Source: a virus
Direction: 5' to 3' (one strand)
IMG/VR virus record: IMGVR_UViG_3300010370_000029
Span: 1-64,000 of that record
DNA: 64,000 bases
Part shown: one piece after another, positions 40,083-49,658 of the stretch
Position numbering within the stretch: position 1 is the first letter of the stretch
Layout of the letters: every line of letters begins with the position of its first letter
Translations under genes and position numbers: made by a program
Notes under the pieces: model-generated
Seen by the model: the letters and a program-made list of their open reading frames with translations, nothing else
What the model was told of the DNA's origin: nothing
Database searches by the model: none

Positions 40083-40264
40083 CAAATAATATTTCAGTTG
40101 AAGATTATGCACGACAGATACTACGAGAACCAACACCAGACAATCTTATGTTATTTGAACTTGCCGCTTCGTATATAGCATTGTACGAAGAACGAAAAGA
40201 ACACGAAAAGGACTTGTCGGAATTGGTTGAACACGCCATTCGTGTGTACAATTCAAGATGGTAA
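40079..40264 (+). CDS. Hypothetical protein
   Basis: ATGA-coupled. Confidence 0.55.
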   Translation: MTNNISVEDYARQILREPTPDNLMLFELAASYIALYEERKEHEKDLSELVEHAIRVYNSRW

Positions 40265-40269
40265 ACTAA

Positions 40270-40557
40270 ATGAACATACACTACCGAGTCTATTACAAGG
40301 GATATTCTTCATATGTTGAGTTTTCCCTTGCGTCCGATGTAGTTGACCGACACGAACGAGATATGGTGATGACTTTAGCAATCAAGTATGACCCATATTT
40401 CAACGGATTGGGTGTTGATTATTCACGGGTGTCGAGGGTGATGCGAAAGGTCAAGGATACGTGGGAGCCTCGTCAATGGGTTATTCCACGACCGTTACAA
40501 ATGCAGGAGAGTCCGTTGGCAACAACGACTGACCCTGTACTGCGATGGCCTGTATGA
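40270..40557 (+). CDS. Hypothetical protein
   Basis: ORF in a tightly packed run. Confidence 0.5.
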   Translation: MNIHYRVYYKGYSSYVEFSLASDVVDRHERDMVMTLAIKYDPYFNGLGVDYSRVSRVMRKVKDTWEPRQWVIPRPLQMQESPLATTTDPVLRWPV

Positions 40558-40665
40558 GTGTATTTTGGGTAGAGGTTTTGAAAATTATAATACTTTTCTT
40601 CGCAGTATATATTACCGTTTGGTTTATCTGGAATTGGTTTGACAATAAAATATAGGATAACTAGT

Positions 40666-40884
40666 ATGTCTAAAATTATGGTAGAGATAAGTGGAGAAAT
40701 GGTAGATAATATTATTCTGCAAGAGATACAAGACACCAAAGAGATGTTGACTGAACAGTTAGAACGGGTTAAACTAAATGGTAAAGGTGATGTTTTTGAT
40801 TTGGATGTAAAGACAGATATCAAACTTATTAAGAAGCACATTGAAGCATGTGATTTGATTTACAAGTATTACGGCGGTAAGTAA
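40666..40884 (+). CDS. Hypothetical protein
   Basis: ATG preceded by AGGA. Confidence 0.55.
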   Translation: MSKIMVEISGEMVDNIILQEIQDTKEMLTEQLERVKLNGKGDVFDLDVKTDIKLIKKHIEACDLIYKYYGGK

Positions 40885-40890
40885 TTATTC

Positions 40891-41009
40891 GGCACCGCAG
40901 TTGGTCGGGACAACGATAGTATGACACGGGCGCTACCCGAGGTTACAAGCATACTATGCTAGCCAAGGACTAGGTGAGAGCCTAGATGGGTTCGAATCCC
41001 ACGGTGCCA
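40891..41009 (+). ncRNA. tRNA-like RNA with non-canonical anticodon region
   Basis: Acceptor GGCACCG/CGGTGCC+A; D-arm GTTG/CAAC; T-arm TGGG-TTCGAAT-CCCA; 8-bp ATAGTATG/CATACTAT stem closing a branched loop; extra hairpin CTAGG-TGAGAG-CCTAG. Confidence 0.75.
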
Positions 41010-41024
41010 CTTTACGAGGAAACT

Positions 41025-41390
41025 ATGGAAGATAAAAAGAATCCAAATGCGTTAACCTATGGGATATCCCCAAGTGCTCCCGCATCAATTAAACCAGTAG
41101 AAGTGGATAAGTGGGTCGGCAAAGTCGAACCCACTTTTAAGCATTATTATGAGGAACGATATAACGATTTGGTTAGACAATACGAAGAGTTGGTCAAGGA
41201 TTACGAAATCAATAAGATGTGTTATGAAGCCTCGCTTGGGTTTGAACCAAATATAGGGCAGGTCTACCACTTGTATCGTAAGGGTGATGGTAGTACATTT
41301 CTATCAATCGTAGAACCACAATACGCATTTTGGGGTAATCATATTGGTAGTTATAGATTGAACGCTCAATATGCATGGGAACAAGTCTAA
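41025..41390 (+). CDS. DUF2452-like protein
   Basis: L.Y...PSAP..IKP, FEP.IGQVYHLY, FLSIVEP..W; GAGGA RBS. Confidence 0.7.
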   Translation: MEDKKNPNALTYGISPSAPASIKPVEVDKWVGKVEPTFKHYYEERYNDLVRQYEELVKDYEINKMCYEASLGFEPNIGQVYHLYRKGDGSTFLSIVEPQYAFWGNHIGSYRLNAQYAWEQV

Positions 41391-41974
41391 TGGCGTTACA
41401 AGGATACACCGTCGAGCACATCAGCTTTTCCGATACTGTCCGTTCTTTTTTACGGAAATGGCACTATTCGGATTATGTCAATATTCAAGAAAAACACACT
41501 TTTGGATTATTTCGTGAGGGTGTGTTTTTACCTGAACTGGTTGGGATATGTATTTATACTAGGCCGGCAGGACCAAGTGCCGCGCAGAAGTATTATCCAC
41601 AAGACCCCGATAAATGTCTGGAACTCAGGCGATTGTGTTTAGTGGATGATACTCCAAAGAACGCTGAAAGTTTCTTTGTGAGTCGGACATTAAAGTGGTT
41701 ACGAAAAAATACGGATTGGAAGTTTGTCGTAAGTTATGCTGACCCAGAGCAAGGACATAAAGGTATCATCTATCGGGCAGCTAACTTTAAGTATGAAGGT
41801 ATCACCGCGCCTGGGTCATCACTACTGGTAGATGGGAAACCTTTTCACATTAGAACCTTGACAATGTTGGACCGTCCGTATGGAGTAGAAATCAATCAAC
41901 GATATAAAGCTGGCGACCCCGGCGTACAGATTATAAAGACGGAACCTAAGCATATTTACACATATCAACTCTAG
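41390..41974 (+). CDS. Mom-like GNAT DNA-modification protein (copy 1)
   Basis: WHYS, FGLF, LELRRLCL...PKNAESFFVS, VSYADPEQGHKGIIYRAANF. Confidence 0.8.
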   Translation: MALQGYTVEHISFSDTVRSFLRKWHYSDYVNIQEKHTFGLFREGVFLPELVGICIYTRPAGPSAAQKYYPQDPDKCLELRRLCLVDDTPKNAESFFVSRTLKWLRKNTDWKFVVSYADPEQGHKGIIYRAANFKYEGITAPGSSLLVDGKPFHIRTLTMLDRPYGVEINQRYKAGDPGVQIIKTEPKHIYTYQL

Positions 41975-41983
41975 GAGGAAAGT

Positions 41984-42340
41984 ATGGGCATGTTCGACAC
42001 ACTAAAAGTAGAAACAAAGATTCCAGGACATTCAGATGTTCCTCTTGGAGAATTTCAAACGAAGAGTCTGGACTGTACACTAGATTATTATGTTATAACA
42101 AATAATGGTGAATTATACAAGGAAGTTTGGGACTATGCATGGGTAGATGACCCCAACTCAGCGTTTAATGGGTATTTTGATAAAGTAGAAGGTAGTTATC
42201 GCCGGGAGTACTTGACAAACTTCCACGGAGATATTATATTTTATAATGGTGAAGTGGTGGGTGGGAAGTGGAGAGATTATACCGCTCGATTCACCGAAGG
42301 TAAATTAACAAGAGTTTGGTACGAAGATAAACAACTTTAA
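41984..42340 (+). CDS. Conserved-looking phage hypothetical protein
   Basis: MGMFD, FQTKSL, ARFTEGKL; AGGAGG RBS. Confidence 0.65.
   Translation: MGMFDTLKVETKIPGHSDVPLGEFQTKSLDCTLDYYVITNNGELYKEVWDYAWVDDPNSAFNGYFDKVEGSYRREYLTNFHGDIIFYNGEVVGGKWRDYTARFTEGKLTRVWYEDKQL
42212..42240 (+). promoter_or_regulatory. Intragenic sigma70-type promoter upstream of the sliding clamp
   Basis: TTGACA-17-TATATT. Confidence 0.7.
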
Positions 42341-42354
42341 AGAGGTTAAAGGTT

Positions 42355-43074
42355 ATGGAAAAGTCAAAGCTGGAAAGGTTCATTTCAAAGTATAACATCG
42401 GCGGAGCATGTGAGAGCGTCAAGTGTGTATCTAATGGTACAGAGATGACTGTTCGCTCTATTTCTGATGACAAGAATGTATTGGCTGAGGTGACCAGCCA
42501 CGATATCGGATTCCCCGAGGGTGAGTTCAGTATCTATGAGACGAAGAAGCTTCGTTCGCTTCTTGGTGTACTTGGAGAGAAGCTGAAGGTCGCTGCAAAT
42601 AGTTCGTCGAATAAGGTTATCGGATTGAATCTTTCTGACTCCGATACGAAGGTGACGTTCGTTCTGGCGGATGAGTCGGTCATTCCGAAGGTTCCCGACT
42701 TAAAGAAGCTCCCGCCGGTGGATATCGAAATTGTCCTTGATGACAAGTTTGTGAACACGTTCGCTCGTGCGAAGGGCGCTCTGTCTGAGGTGGATACGTT
42801 CACCGTGATGAGTGATGGTACGGATGCGACTGTTGTAATCGGCTACTCGACGTTGAATACGAACCGCGTCAATATCAAGACTACGACCAAGACGAATACG
42901 AAGATTGACCCGATTAGTTTCTCCGCTAACTATTTGAAGGAAGTGCTACTGTCGAACAAGGAAATCAAGGATGGTATCTTGAAGGTCAGTTCGAAGGGTA
43001 TCGCTGTTGCGGAATTCGTGGGTGAGGCGTTCACCTCGAAGTATTTCCTCGTCCAAATTGACACGAAGGACTAA
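42355..43074 (+). CDS. Sliding clamp (gp45/PCNA-like)
   Basis: 239 aa; F.IY....L..LL pattern, FSANYLKE, KVSSKGIA..F....SKYFL C-terminus; clamp-loader genes nearby. Confidence 0.75.
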   Translation: MEKSKLERFISKYNIGGACESVKCVSNGTEMTVRSISDDKNVLAEVTSHDIGFPEGEFSIYETKKLRSLLGVLGEKLKVAANSSSNKVIGLNLSDSDTKVTFVLADESVIPKVPDLKKLPPVDIEIVLDDKFVNTFARAKGALSEVDTFTVMSDGTDATVVIGYSTLNTNRVNIKTTTKTNTKIDPISFSANYLKEVLLSNKEIKDGILKVSSKGIAVAEFVGEAFTSKYFLVQIDTKD

Positions 43075-44255
43075 TGGCCGGCTTCGACGATTTCTTTGAT
43101 ACACCCAAGTTTGATTTCGACAAGGAGAAACAGCTCTTTGTCGAAAACTTGGACATGCTTAAGAGTATGTCTGTTCAAGAACAAACCTTGTACAAGAAGT
43201 ATAAGGAAGTAAATGGGTATTATCAGAATTCGTTTGATAAGGCTCGTATTGTCAAGGCGAAGATTTGGACGCCTACTGACCTGAACAATAAGGAACAGAC
43301 TGTCAAGGAAATACAAGCCCTTCAGCCCCGTATCCGTCTGGTGATGTCAAAGACCACCGACGAAATGGATTGGAATATGATTCGGGTGTTCTCGCATACA
43401 ATGGAGTTTGACCAGAATCCCGGTCGGTTTGTGCGATTCCTTGTTTATGATGAGGTAACGGGGAAGTATCTTGGTGCGACTTCTTTGGGGAGTGACGTTA
43501 TCGCTATCGGCTGCCGTGATGAATGGATTGGATGGGATAAGGATACGAAGCTGAAGGGGAAGTTGAATAATTCCGCCATCGGTACTTGTATTATGGCTAC
43601 CCAGCCGTTCGGATATAATTTCTTGGGCGGGAAGCTTGTTGCTTCGATGTTGACTACGAAGGTTGTTGCCGATACGTGGGAAAAGATGTACAACAACGTT
43701 TTGGCTGGACTCACCACGACTTCACTGTATGGGTCTGAGTCTATGTACAATTCTATTCCGTTCTGGAAGAAGTTGGGGTCAAGTACTGGTGCGATTGGTA
43801 TCAAGCCCGATGATGATGTCTATGGCAAGTGGCATGACTATCTGAAGCAGAACAAGCCCGACGAGTATAAGGAACGATTCGTCAAGGATGACCCATCGAA
43901 GGGACCGGTCACTGGTATTAAGCAACAAATCATTTCGATGATTTTCCGTGAAGTGGGAGTCGGTGCGAGTAAGTACAAGCACGGCTTTGAACGTGGTGTA
44001 TATTACGCTCCCCTTTACGAGAATACCCGTGAATTCCTGCGTGGGGAAATTGAGAAGGATAAGCTCATTCCCTTGACAAAGCTGAAGGACGATGTAGATT
44101 CCGTATTGAATTGGTGGAAGCCGAAGGCTATCGCCCGATATGAGAAGTTACATGAAGAAGGTCGGACAAAGGATGGTATTCTGTATTATACTAATATGAT
44201 TGGAATTAGTTGGGATGAGGCAAAGCGTATCTATCTTCCAGAGGTCGGCAGATGA
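43074..44255 (+). CDS. DruA/DUF4338-like protein (probable GNAT-related DNA-acting enzyme)
   Basis: PGRFVRFLVYD..TGKYLG..SLGS, RDEWIGW, QPFGYNFLGGKLVA, TTTSLYG..S.YN, LG.STG. Confidence 0.7.
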   Translation: MAGFDDFFDTPKFDFDKEKQLFVENLDMLKSMSVQEQTLYKKYKEVNGYYQNSFDKARIVKAKIWTPTDLNNKEQTVKEIQALQPRIRLVMSKTTDEMDWNMIRVFSHTMEFDQNPGRFVRFLVYDEVTGKYLGATSLGSDVIAIGCRDEWIGWDKDTKLKGKLNNSAIGTCIMATQPFGYNFLGGKLVASMLTTKVVADTWEKMYNNVLAGLTTTSLYGSESMYNSIPFWKKLGSSTGAIGIKPDDDVYGKWHDYLKQNKPDEYKERFVKDDPSKGPVTGIKQQIISMIFREVGVGASKYKHGFERGVYYAPLYENTREFLRGEIEKDKLIPLTKLKDDVDSVLNWWKPKAIARYEKLHEEGRTKDGILYYTNMIGISWDEAKRIYLPEVGR

Positions 44256-45361
44256 GTTTTTTTGAAACAACGGTTGACATATCAAAATGTAAAAAGGTAT
44301 TGGTAATCCCCAATATTACTAATTCTGCGAATATCGAAAAGGACTCCTTCGTGGATGTTATCTATAATCATATTCGAGCATTAGAAAAGCTTGGGGATTA
44401 TTATTGGCACATCCTACTTCCAGAGCCCGTAGCAAAGCTCAATTTGGAAAACGTCAAGCAACATATCGTAGACATCTCTGGCGATATGATTCATATGCGG
44501 GTAACGTTTCCACGAAAGGCTATCACGCTAATTCAAGAGCTGGAGTATGATGTAGTCTATTCACATCTTCCTGACTGGTTTATGGTCAAGCGATATACCG
44601 ATAAACCAATCGTCGGATATGCACATTGGTGGGAAATGAAATCGTGTAATGCTGAAGATAGAAAGAATCGTCAGCGGAATATCGTGGCAGAATTGCTGGG
44701 TGTGATGGGGATGAAGGTGTGTTATCTGAATACCCAAGACCAAAAGAATCGGGTATTGGATGAGGCTCGGCAATGGTTTAATGATGAAAAGGTTCAAGAG
44801 CTGGACAGAATTCTCCAAGTCTGGCATTTGGGTGTTCCCGAAGGAAAGATTATTTCCGCTCCTACTGAAAAGGAAAAGATTATTGTATTCAATCATCGTG
44901 CCGCTGCATACAAGGGATATCCGCAATTTATTGAGCTAATAAAAGAGTATCGTGAGTCCAGACAAGACTTTGTGGTATGGGTTCCACAGCTGGAAGGAAA
45001 GCCGGAAGAATCGTGGATTGACAATACCAAAGTCCCGAAGCATGAGTACTATACCCGACTCCAGCGTTGCTCCGTAGGAATCCAAATGCGCCAATCAAAC
45101 TATGGATGGAGCGTGGCAGCCACGGATTGTATGATGAATGGTACTGCGGTTATTTTCCAAGAGTCTGACTGCTATCACGAAATTGACCCCGATGGTCTAT
45201 TCTTCAAGTTTAAAAAGGATTTATTTGCTACGCTGGATAAGTTTTTGGACGATACGACATTTCGTCACGAACAAGGTGTACGAAGTATCCAACGTACAAA
45301 GGAATTGCAAGATAAAGAAAATAATATGTTATTATTGTTAAACGATAATTTAAGTACTTGA
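44252..45361 (+). CDS. GT-B fold glycosyltransferase
   Basis: YDVVYSHLP, IVFNHR....KG, YGWSVAATDCMMNG; ATGA-coupled to the DruA-like gene. Confidence 0.7.
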   Translation: MSFFETTVDISKCKKVLVIPNITNSANIEKDSFVDVIYNHIRALEKLGDYYWHILLPEPVAKLNLENVKQHIVDISGDMIHMRVTFPRKAITLIQELEYDVVYSHLPDWFMVKRYTDKPIVGYAHWWEMKSCNAEDRKNRQRNIVAELLGVMGMKVCYLNTQDQKNRVLDEARQWFNDEKVQELDRILQVWHLGVPEGKIISAPTEKEKIIVFNHRAAAYKGYPQFIELIKEYRESRQDFVVWVPQLEGKPEESWIDNTKVPKHEYYTRLQRCSVGIQMRQSNYGWSVAATDCMMNGTAVIFQESDCYHEIDPDGLFFKFKKDLFATLDKFLDDTTFRHEQGVRSIQRTKELQDKENNMLLLLNDNLST

Positions 45362-45386
45362 CAATAGCCAACAATTGTATTAGATT
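45358..45386 (+). promoter_or_regulatory. sigma70-type promoter
   Basis: TTGACA-17-TAGATT. Confidence 0.65.
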
Positions 45387-45465
45387 TAATATGTTACAAA
45401 GATTACTCTTTTTGTGCCACAGAGCAATCTTCTAAATCAACGGCACTAAAACAAAAGGAGAAGTT

Positions 45466-47133
45466 ATGGCTGGGCTGACCCTCGTATCATCAGGAGCAAA
45501 CGTCAAGTCGTGGACGTTTGATAAAATTTCTAAGGAGTATAGTACTACTCTCGTAGACACGCCAAAGTATCAGCGACCGGATGTGTTCGGCTTTGTACGG
45601 AACGGCAGCGGTAGTAATTGGCAGCGTAATCTCATCCGTTCTATTTTGATGGGCAATCCCATCCCTCAGCTCCACTTTCGCTACGTATTCTCAAAGGGGC
45701 CAAATGGTCTAGAGTGGAAGTATGAGATTGTGGACGGAGGACATCGCACACGTACTGTATATTACTTTCTAAACAATTGCATTAAAACTCCAATTGACTG
45801 TACGCTTACCGATGTTGACGGGAACCAGTACAACATTGGTGCTATGCATCTTTCACAGATTATACAGAAGTATCCTGTGCTAGAGGATTACATCTATAAT
45901 CTTTCTCTTAGCGTTGTAGAGTATGAAAATCTCACCGATGATGATGCAGAAACACTTTTTCTTACTCTTAATGATTTGAACAAGATGTCTCCCGCTGACA
46001 AGCGGAACGCTATTAATAATATTATTGCGGATACGAACCGTAATCTTGGTGCGGTTGACTCCCCTAACGCTTTTTCGATGTTCACCAGCCGTTCATTCAT
46101 TAAGAACGATTGGAAGGCTGACTACACCAGCTTGGATGCAGTCAGCCGAGAGTCGGATGAAATTGTATCGTGGGCGATGTACTATCTATACAGCGGTGGT
46201 ATATTTGCAAAAGACTCCAGCGGAAAGCCGCGGTTCGCGGGTATGGACGCCCAATCAGTTCTCGACAAGATGTATCGTGACGAGTATCTTATGAGGGAGT
46301 TGGCGGTACCGGGGTCTAAGATGGAAAAGAATCTGCGGTCACTACTGTCAATTGTTAATAATATTGTCGTTAAGAATCCGCGTCTTGATATTTTTAAAAA
46401 GGGCGGAAAGTGGTTCGCTGGTCCTCTAAAGAAGCTTATTATGCTAGTCGCTGAGATGCACAATGTAAACGGTACTTTTAACTTTAGTAAAGTTAAAATT
46501 AATACCGACGACTTCTTTACCTCTTTCAATCGAGCGACCAGCGAACTGAAGAACGACAAGAACGTAAAGCCACACCTGCCATACCAGTCGTATATGCTGG
46601 TAAACAACAAGGTTCACGTAAATAGCGTTCAGCCGGATAATGTTGGTGATACAATATATCCGTTCCATAAAGTGTTTACGGGAGGCGCTCGACTTGACGA
46701 TATGCTGTACATCTATTATCATTACGTCACCAAGGGTTATATGAATTTTGGAGTTACGAAATTGGATAAGCGTCGAGACTTTAATAAGGATATCGTAGAT
46801 ACTCTACTCACGGAACAGAAGAATTGCTGCCGGTTTTGCTCAAAGTTACTCACGGATGGTAATTACGCGGTAGACCACATTGCTCCGCATTCTTTTGGTG
46901 GACCTACAATTCTGGAAAACAGCCAGATTCTCTGTTCTTCTTGTAACGGTCAGAAGTCGAATGGCATGACACTCCAAGATGTGGTACATCTCTGTGAGAG
47001 AATGAACGTAGACGTTCAACTTAAGGAAGTTGTAGTTGGACTGGCTCACGCAGTTATTACCTCTGGCGCAACTGACCGACTCTCGGAAGGTGATATCCGT
47101 ACAGTAATTAAGCTGGTATTTGGCAAACAATAA
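45466..47133 (+). CDS. DUF262 (ParB-like) + HNH nuclease, GmrSD/SspE-like architecture
   Basis: PKYQR, W...LI.SIL.G.PIP, IVDGGHR, FLTLN; C-terminal CRFC...DHIAPHSFGG....NSQILCSSCNGQKS. Confidence 0.8.
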   Translation: MAGLTLVSSGANVKSWTFDKISKEYSTTLVDTPKYQRPDVFGFVRNGSGSNWQRNLIRSILMGNPIPQLHFRYVFSKGPNGLEWKYEIVDGGHRTRTVYYFLNNCIKTPIDCTLTDVDGNQYNIGAMHLSQIIQKYPVLEDYIYNLSLSVVEYENLTDDDAETLFLTLNDLNKMSPADKRNAINNIIADTNRNLGAVDSPNAFSMFTSRSFIKNDWKADYTSLDAVSRESDEIVSWAMYYLYSGGIFAKDSSGKPRFAGMDAQSVLDKMYRDEYLMRELAVPGSKMEKNLRSLLSIVNNIVVKNPRLDIFKKGGKWFAGPLKKLIMLVAEMHNVNGTFNFSKVKINTDDFFTSFNRATSELKNDKNVKPHLPYQSYMLVNNKVHVNSVQPDNVGDTIYPFHKVFTGGARLDDMLYIYYHYVTKGYMNFGVTKLDKRRDFNKDIVDTLLTEQKNCCRFCSKLLTDGNYAVDHIAPHSFGGPTILENSQILCSSCNGQKSNGMTLQDVVHLCERMNVDVQLKEVVVGLAHAVITSGATDRLSEGDIRTVIKLVFGKQ

Positions 47134-47147
47134 AATAGGAATATTCT

Positions 47148-48062
47148 ATGACAGAAAACACGTTGTGGATTGAGAAGTATCGCCCGAACACATTGGAAAA
47201 CTATATTGGGAACGATGCCCTAAAGGCGAAGTTGGCTGATTATATTTCCAAGCAGGATATCCCGCATCTTTTATTCTATGGAACTGCGGGTACGGGTAAG
47301 ACCACCGCTGCCAAGATTTTATTAAAGAATATTGAGTGTGATTCGCTCAGTATCAACGCTTCTGATGAGCGTGGTATTGATGTGATTCGGGAAAAGATTA
47401 AGAACTTTGCGTCCACATCGGGGTTTGCTCCGTTGAAGATTGTATTCTTGGATGAGGCCGATTATCTGACACCAGACGCTCAGGCCGCACTTCGTAATAT
47501 GATGGAAGTGTTCAGTCACCGTACAAGGTTTGTGCTGACTTGTAATTATGTGGAACGTATTATTCCTGCGATTATCAGTCGGTGTCAGACCTCGGCATTG
47601 ATTCCACCGTCGAAGAAAGATGTGGCGGTACATCTCACTCACATCTTGACGAAGGAGCAGGTGACATTCGAGAAACAGGCGATTGCTACCTTGGTTAATG
47701 CTTATTATCCTGATATTCGTCGGATTATTGGTACCGCTCAGTTACAGACCCGTGATGGGAAGCTGGTCATCAATGTTCACGAAGTTATCGCTGGAGATAG
47801 TAAGTTGAAGATTCTGGATACTTTGACCAGTAATCAACCATCCGCTAGTAAGATGAATGAGATTCGTCAGATTGTGACTGACGCTGGGATTCGTGACTTT
47901 ACTGAACTGTATCGGCTGCTTTATGATAAGGTTCAAGAGTATGCGTCCGACCGAATCCCACAGACGATTCTCGCTCTCGCAGAAGGTCAATATCGTGACG
48001 CATTTGTAGTAGATAAAGAAATTAATTTTATGGCAACGATGTATAACATTTTAATGTACTAA
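47148..48062 (+). CDS. Clamp loader AAA+ subunit (RFC/gp44)
   Basis: WIEKYRP, GTAGTGKTT, NASDERG, LDEADYL, QAALR, SRC, PDIRR. Confidence 0.95.
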   Translation: MTENTLWIEKYRPNTLENYIGNDALKAKLADYISKQDIPHLLFYGTAGTGKTTAAKILLKNIECDSLSINASDERGIDVIREKIKNFASTSGFAPLKIVFLDEADYLTPDAQAALRNMMEVFSHRTRFVLTCNYVERIIPAIISRCQTSALIPPSKKDVAVHLTHILTKEQVTFEKQAIATLVNAYYPDIRRIIGTAQLQTRDGKLVINVHEVIAGDSKLKILDTLTSNQPSASKMNEIRQIVTDAGIRDFTELYRLLYDKVQEYASDRIPQTILALAEGQYRDAFVVDKEINFMATMYNILMY

Positions 48063-48071
48063 GAGGAAATT

Positions 48072-48401
48072 ATGACCAGTAAGTTTATCCCGCCCGACCC
48101 GCGCCAGATGCGTAATCAGCAGGCACCTGACCTTTCATTGGCTACCGATATTGTCTGTGAGAATTGCGGTAATCTGACTTTCCAAGAAGTTCTCTTGATG
48201 AAGAAGGTATCCGCTCTCGTCTCACCAAACGGTAAGGAAGGAATTGTTCCTATTCCGACATTTTCTTGCGTAGCATGTGGATATGTGAACAAGATGTTCC
48301 GTCCGGTGACTCCGGCCGGCGCAGAAGAGCCGACCGAAGCGACTCGTACAGAAGCGGCTGAACCAGAGCCCACTCGTCCGAAGCTCGTATTAGAGGACTA
48401 A
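48072..48401 (+). CDS. Zinc-ribbon protein
   Basis: CENCG...CVACG. Confidence 0.65.
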   Translation: MTSKFIPPDPRQMRNQQAPDLSLATDIVCENCGNLTFQEVLLMKKVSALVSPNGKEGIVPIPTFSCVACGYVNKMFRPVTPAGAEEPTEATRTEAAEPEPTRPKLVLED

Positions 48402-49246
48402 TGGAAACAACCTTCGTTGAGACTTCCCGTGTCACGGTGCGAGAAATATCGAAATCCGTGGCACGAGATTTCATTCAGACTCATCACTATACACATAAGT
48501 TCAGTTCCACCCGATATGCCCTTGGGGTATTTTATGTGGAAGATGCCGAACATATATTCTTTGCTGGTGCGAACGAGAAGCTCATTGGGTGTATGACCTA
48601 TGGGCATCCCGTCAGCAATAGAACGGTGGATAGTATTGTGGATGGATTGGAACTTGACGAAGTGCTAGAATTGACCCGCTTGGTGTGCTTGGACGGATAT
48701 GGAAAGAATCTGGAAAGTTTTGTGATTTCCAAATCGTTTGAGTGGATGAAGAAGCATGACCCCAAGGTGAAAGTCTTGGTCAGTTATGCTGACCCCGAAC
48801 AAGCACATACCGGCGGGATTTATCGGGCAACGAATTGGCTGTATCAAGGATGTGGGTATTCCAAGTTGATGCCAGATTTCAGTATCCGAATCAATGAAGA
48901 TGACCTCTGGACGCATAGCCGTACCGTTGGAGCCCGTTGGGGTAATAAGTCGGTGGATAATCTGGCAAAGACTATTGGTCAAACCTTCTATAGAAAAGAA
49001 GAAACGGCAAAACATCGGTATATCTATTTCCTTTGTGGGAAGAAGGAACGGAAACGGATGATAAAGGAATTAAAGATTCCCGTGTTCGGATATTCAGAAA
49101 TCAAGCCGTATACCCAACTGATTCAGAAGGTGCATGTAAAGGATGGAGTAGTTGAACGTATTGAAATCCTGCAAGGGGTTGACAATGGCTGGTCAAACAA
49201 ACAGATTGTAATGCAGGAGGATGAAGATGGCGAAGACTCTATTTGA
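48401..49246 (+). CDS. Mom-like GNAT DNA-modification protein (copy 2)
   Basis: HHYTH, LELTRLVC...KNLESFVIS, VSYADPEQAHTGGIYRATNW, KHRY. Confidence 0.82.
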   Translation: METTFVETSRVTVREISKSVARDFIQTHHYTHKFSSTRYALGVFYVEDAEHIFFAGANEKLIGCMTYGHPVSNRTVDSIVDGLELDEVLELTRLVCLDGYGKNLESFVISKSFEWMKKHDPKVKVLVSYADPEQAHTGGIYRATNWLYQGCGYSKLMPDFSIRINEDDLWTHSRTVGARWGNKSVDNLAKTIGQTFYRKEETAKHRYIYFLCGKKERKRMIKELKIPVFGYSEIKPYTQLIQKVHVKDGVVERIEILQGVDNGWSNKQIVMQEDEDGEDSI

Positions 49247-49658
49247 CCACATTAATGCAATTTATCAAGACCAGAAGAAGAACTATTTCGCTGGATTGGA
49301 CGATGGGGAGAAACGGACCTATAGTAACTATATGGTCAACCGATTCCTCAGTATGAACATTCATCAGCTTCCGCTGGTCAATGAGATACAAAAATACAAT
49401 TTACCATCCGATGTTCACTATTTATTCTTTGCGACCACGATTCCTCGCGGGAAGCAATATAACAAATATGTAAAGTCAAAGAACGAAACCAAGTATGAAG
49501 GTTGGTTAGTCACACTGGTTTCGAAGCATTTTACTGTGTCTGAAAGTGAAGCGATGATGTATTTGGATATTTATTATGGGGAACATAAGGACGCCCTTCG
49601 GAGTTTATGTGAGGGGTATGGAATCGATAACAAAACACTAAAGAAAGCTAAGCTATGA
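49227..49658 (+). CDS. Clamp loader small subunit (gp62-like)
   Basis: LFDHINAI, YMVNRFLS, VNEIQKY, HYLFF....PRGK.Y.KY.K; AGGAGG RBS. Confidence 0.7.
   Translation: MAKTLFDHINAIYQDQKKNYFAGLDDGEKRTYSNYMVNRFLSMNIHQLPLVNEIQKYNLPSDVHYLFFATTIPRGKQYNKYVKSKNETKYEGWLVTLVSKHFTVSESEAMMYLDIYYGEHKDALRSLCEGYGIDNKTLKKAKL

Noticed and set aside
40639-40667. TTGACA-17-TAGTAT promoter
   Set aside because: The -10 box would overlap the ATG of the ORF it precedes; it could serve the tRNA-like RNA, but support is too weak.
40891-41009. Canonical tRNA or tmRNA
   Set aside because: No 5-bp stem with 7-nt anticodon loop, no G3-U70 and no tag reading frame; kept only as a tRNA-like RNA.
43074-44255. Complete Druantia defence system
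   Set aside because: No DruE-type helicase or DruB-D; the context is phage replication genes.
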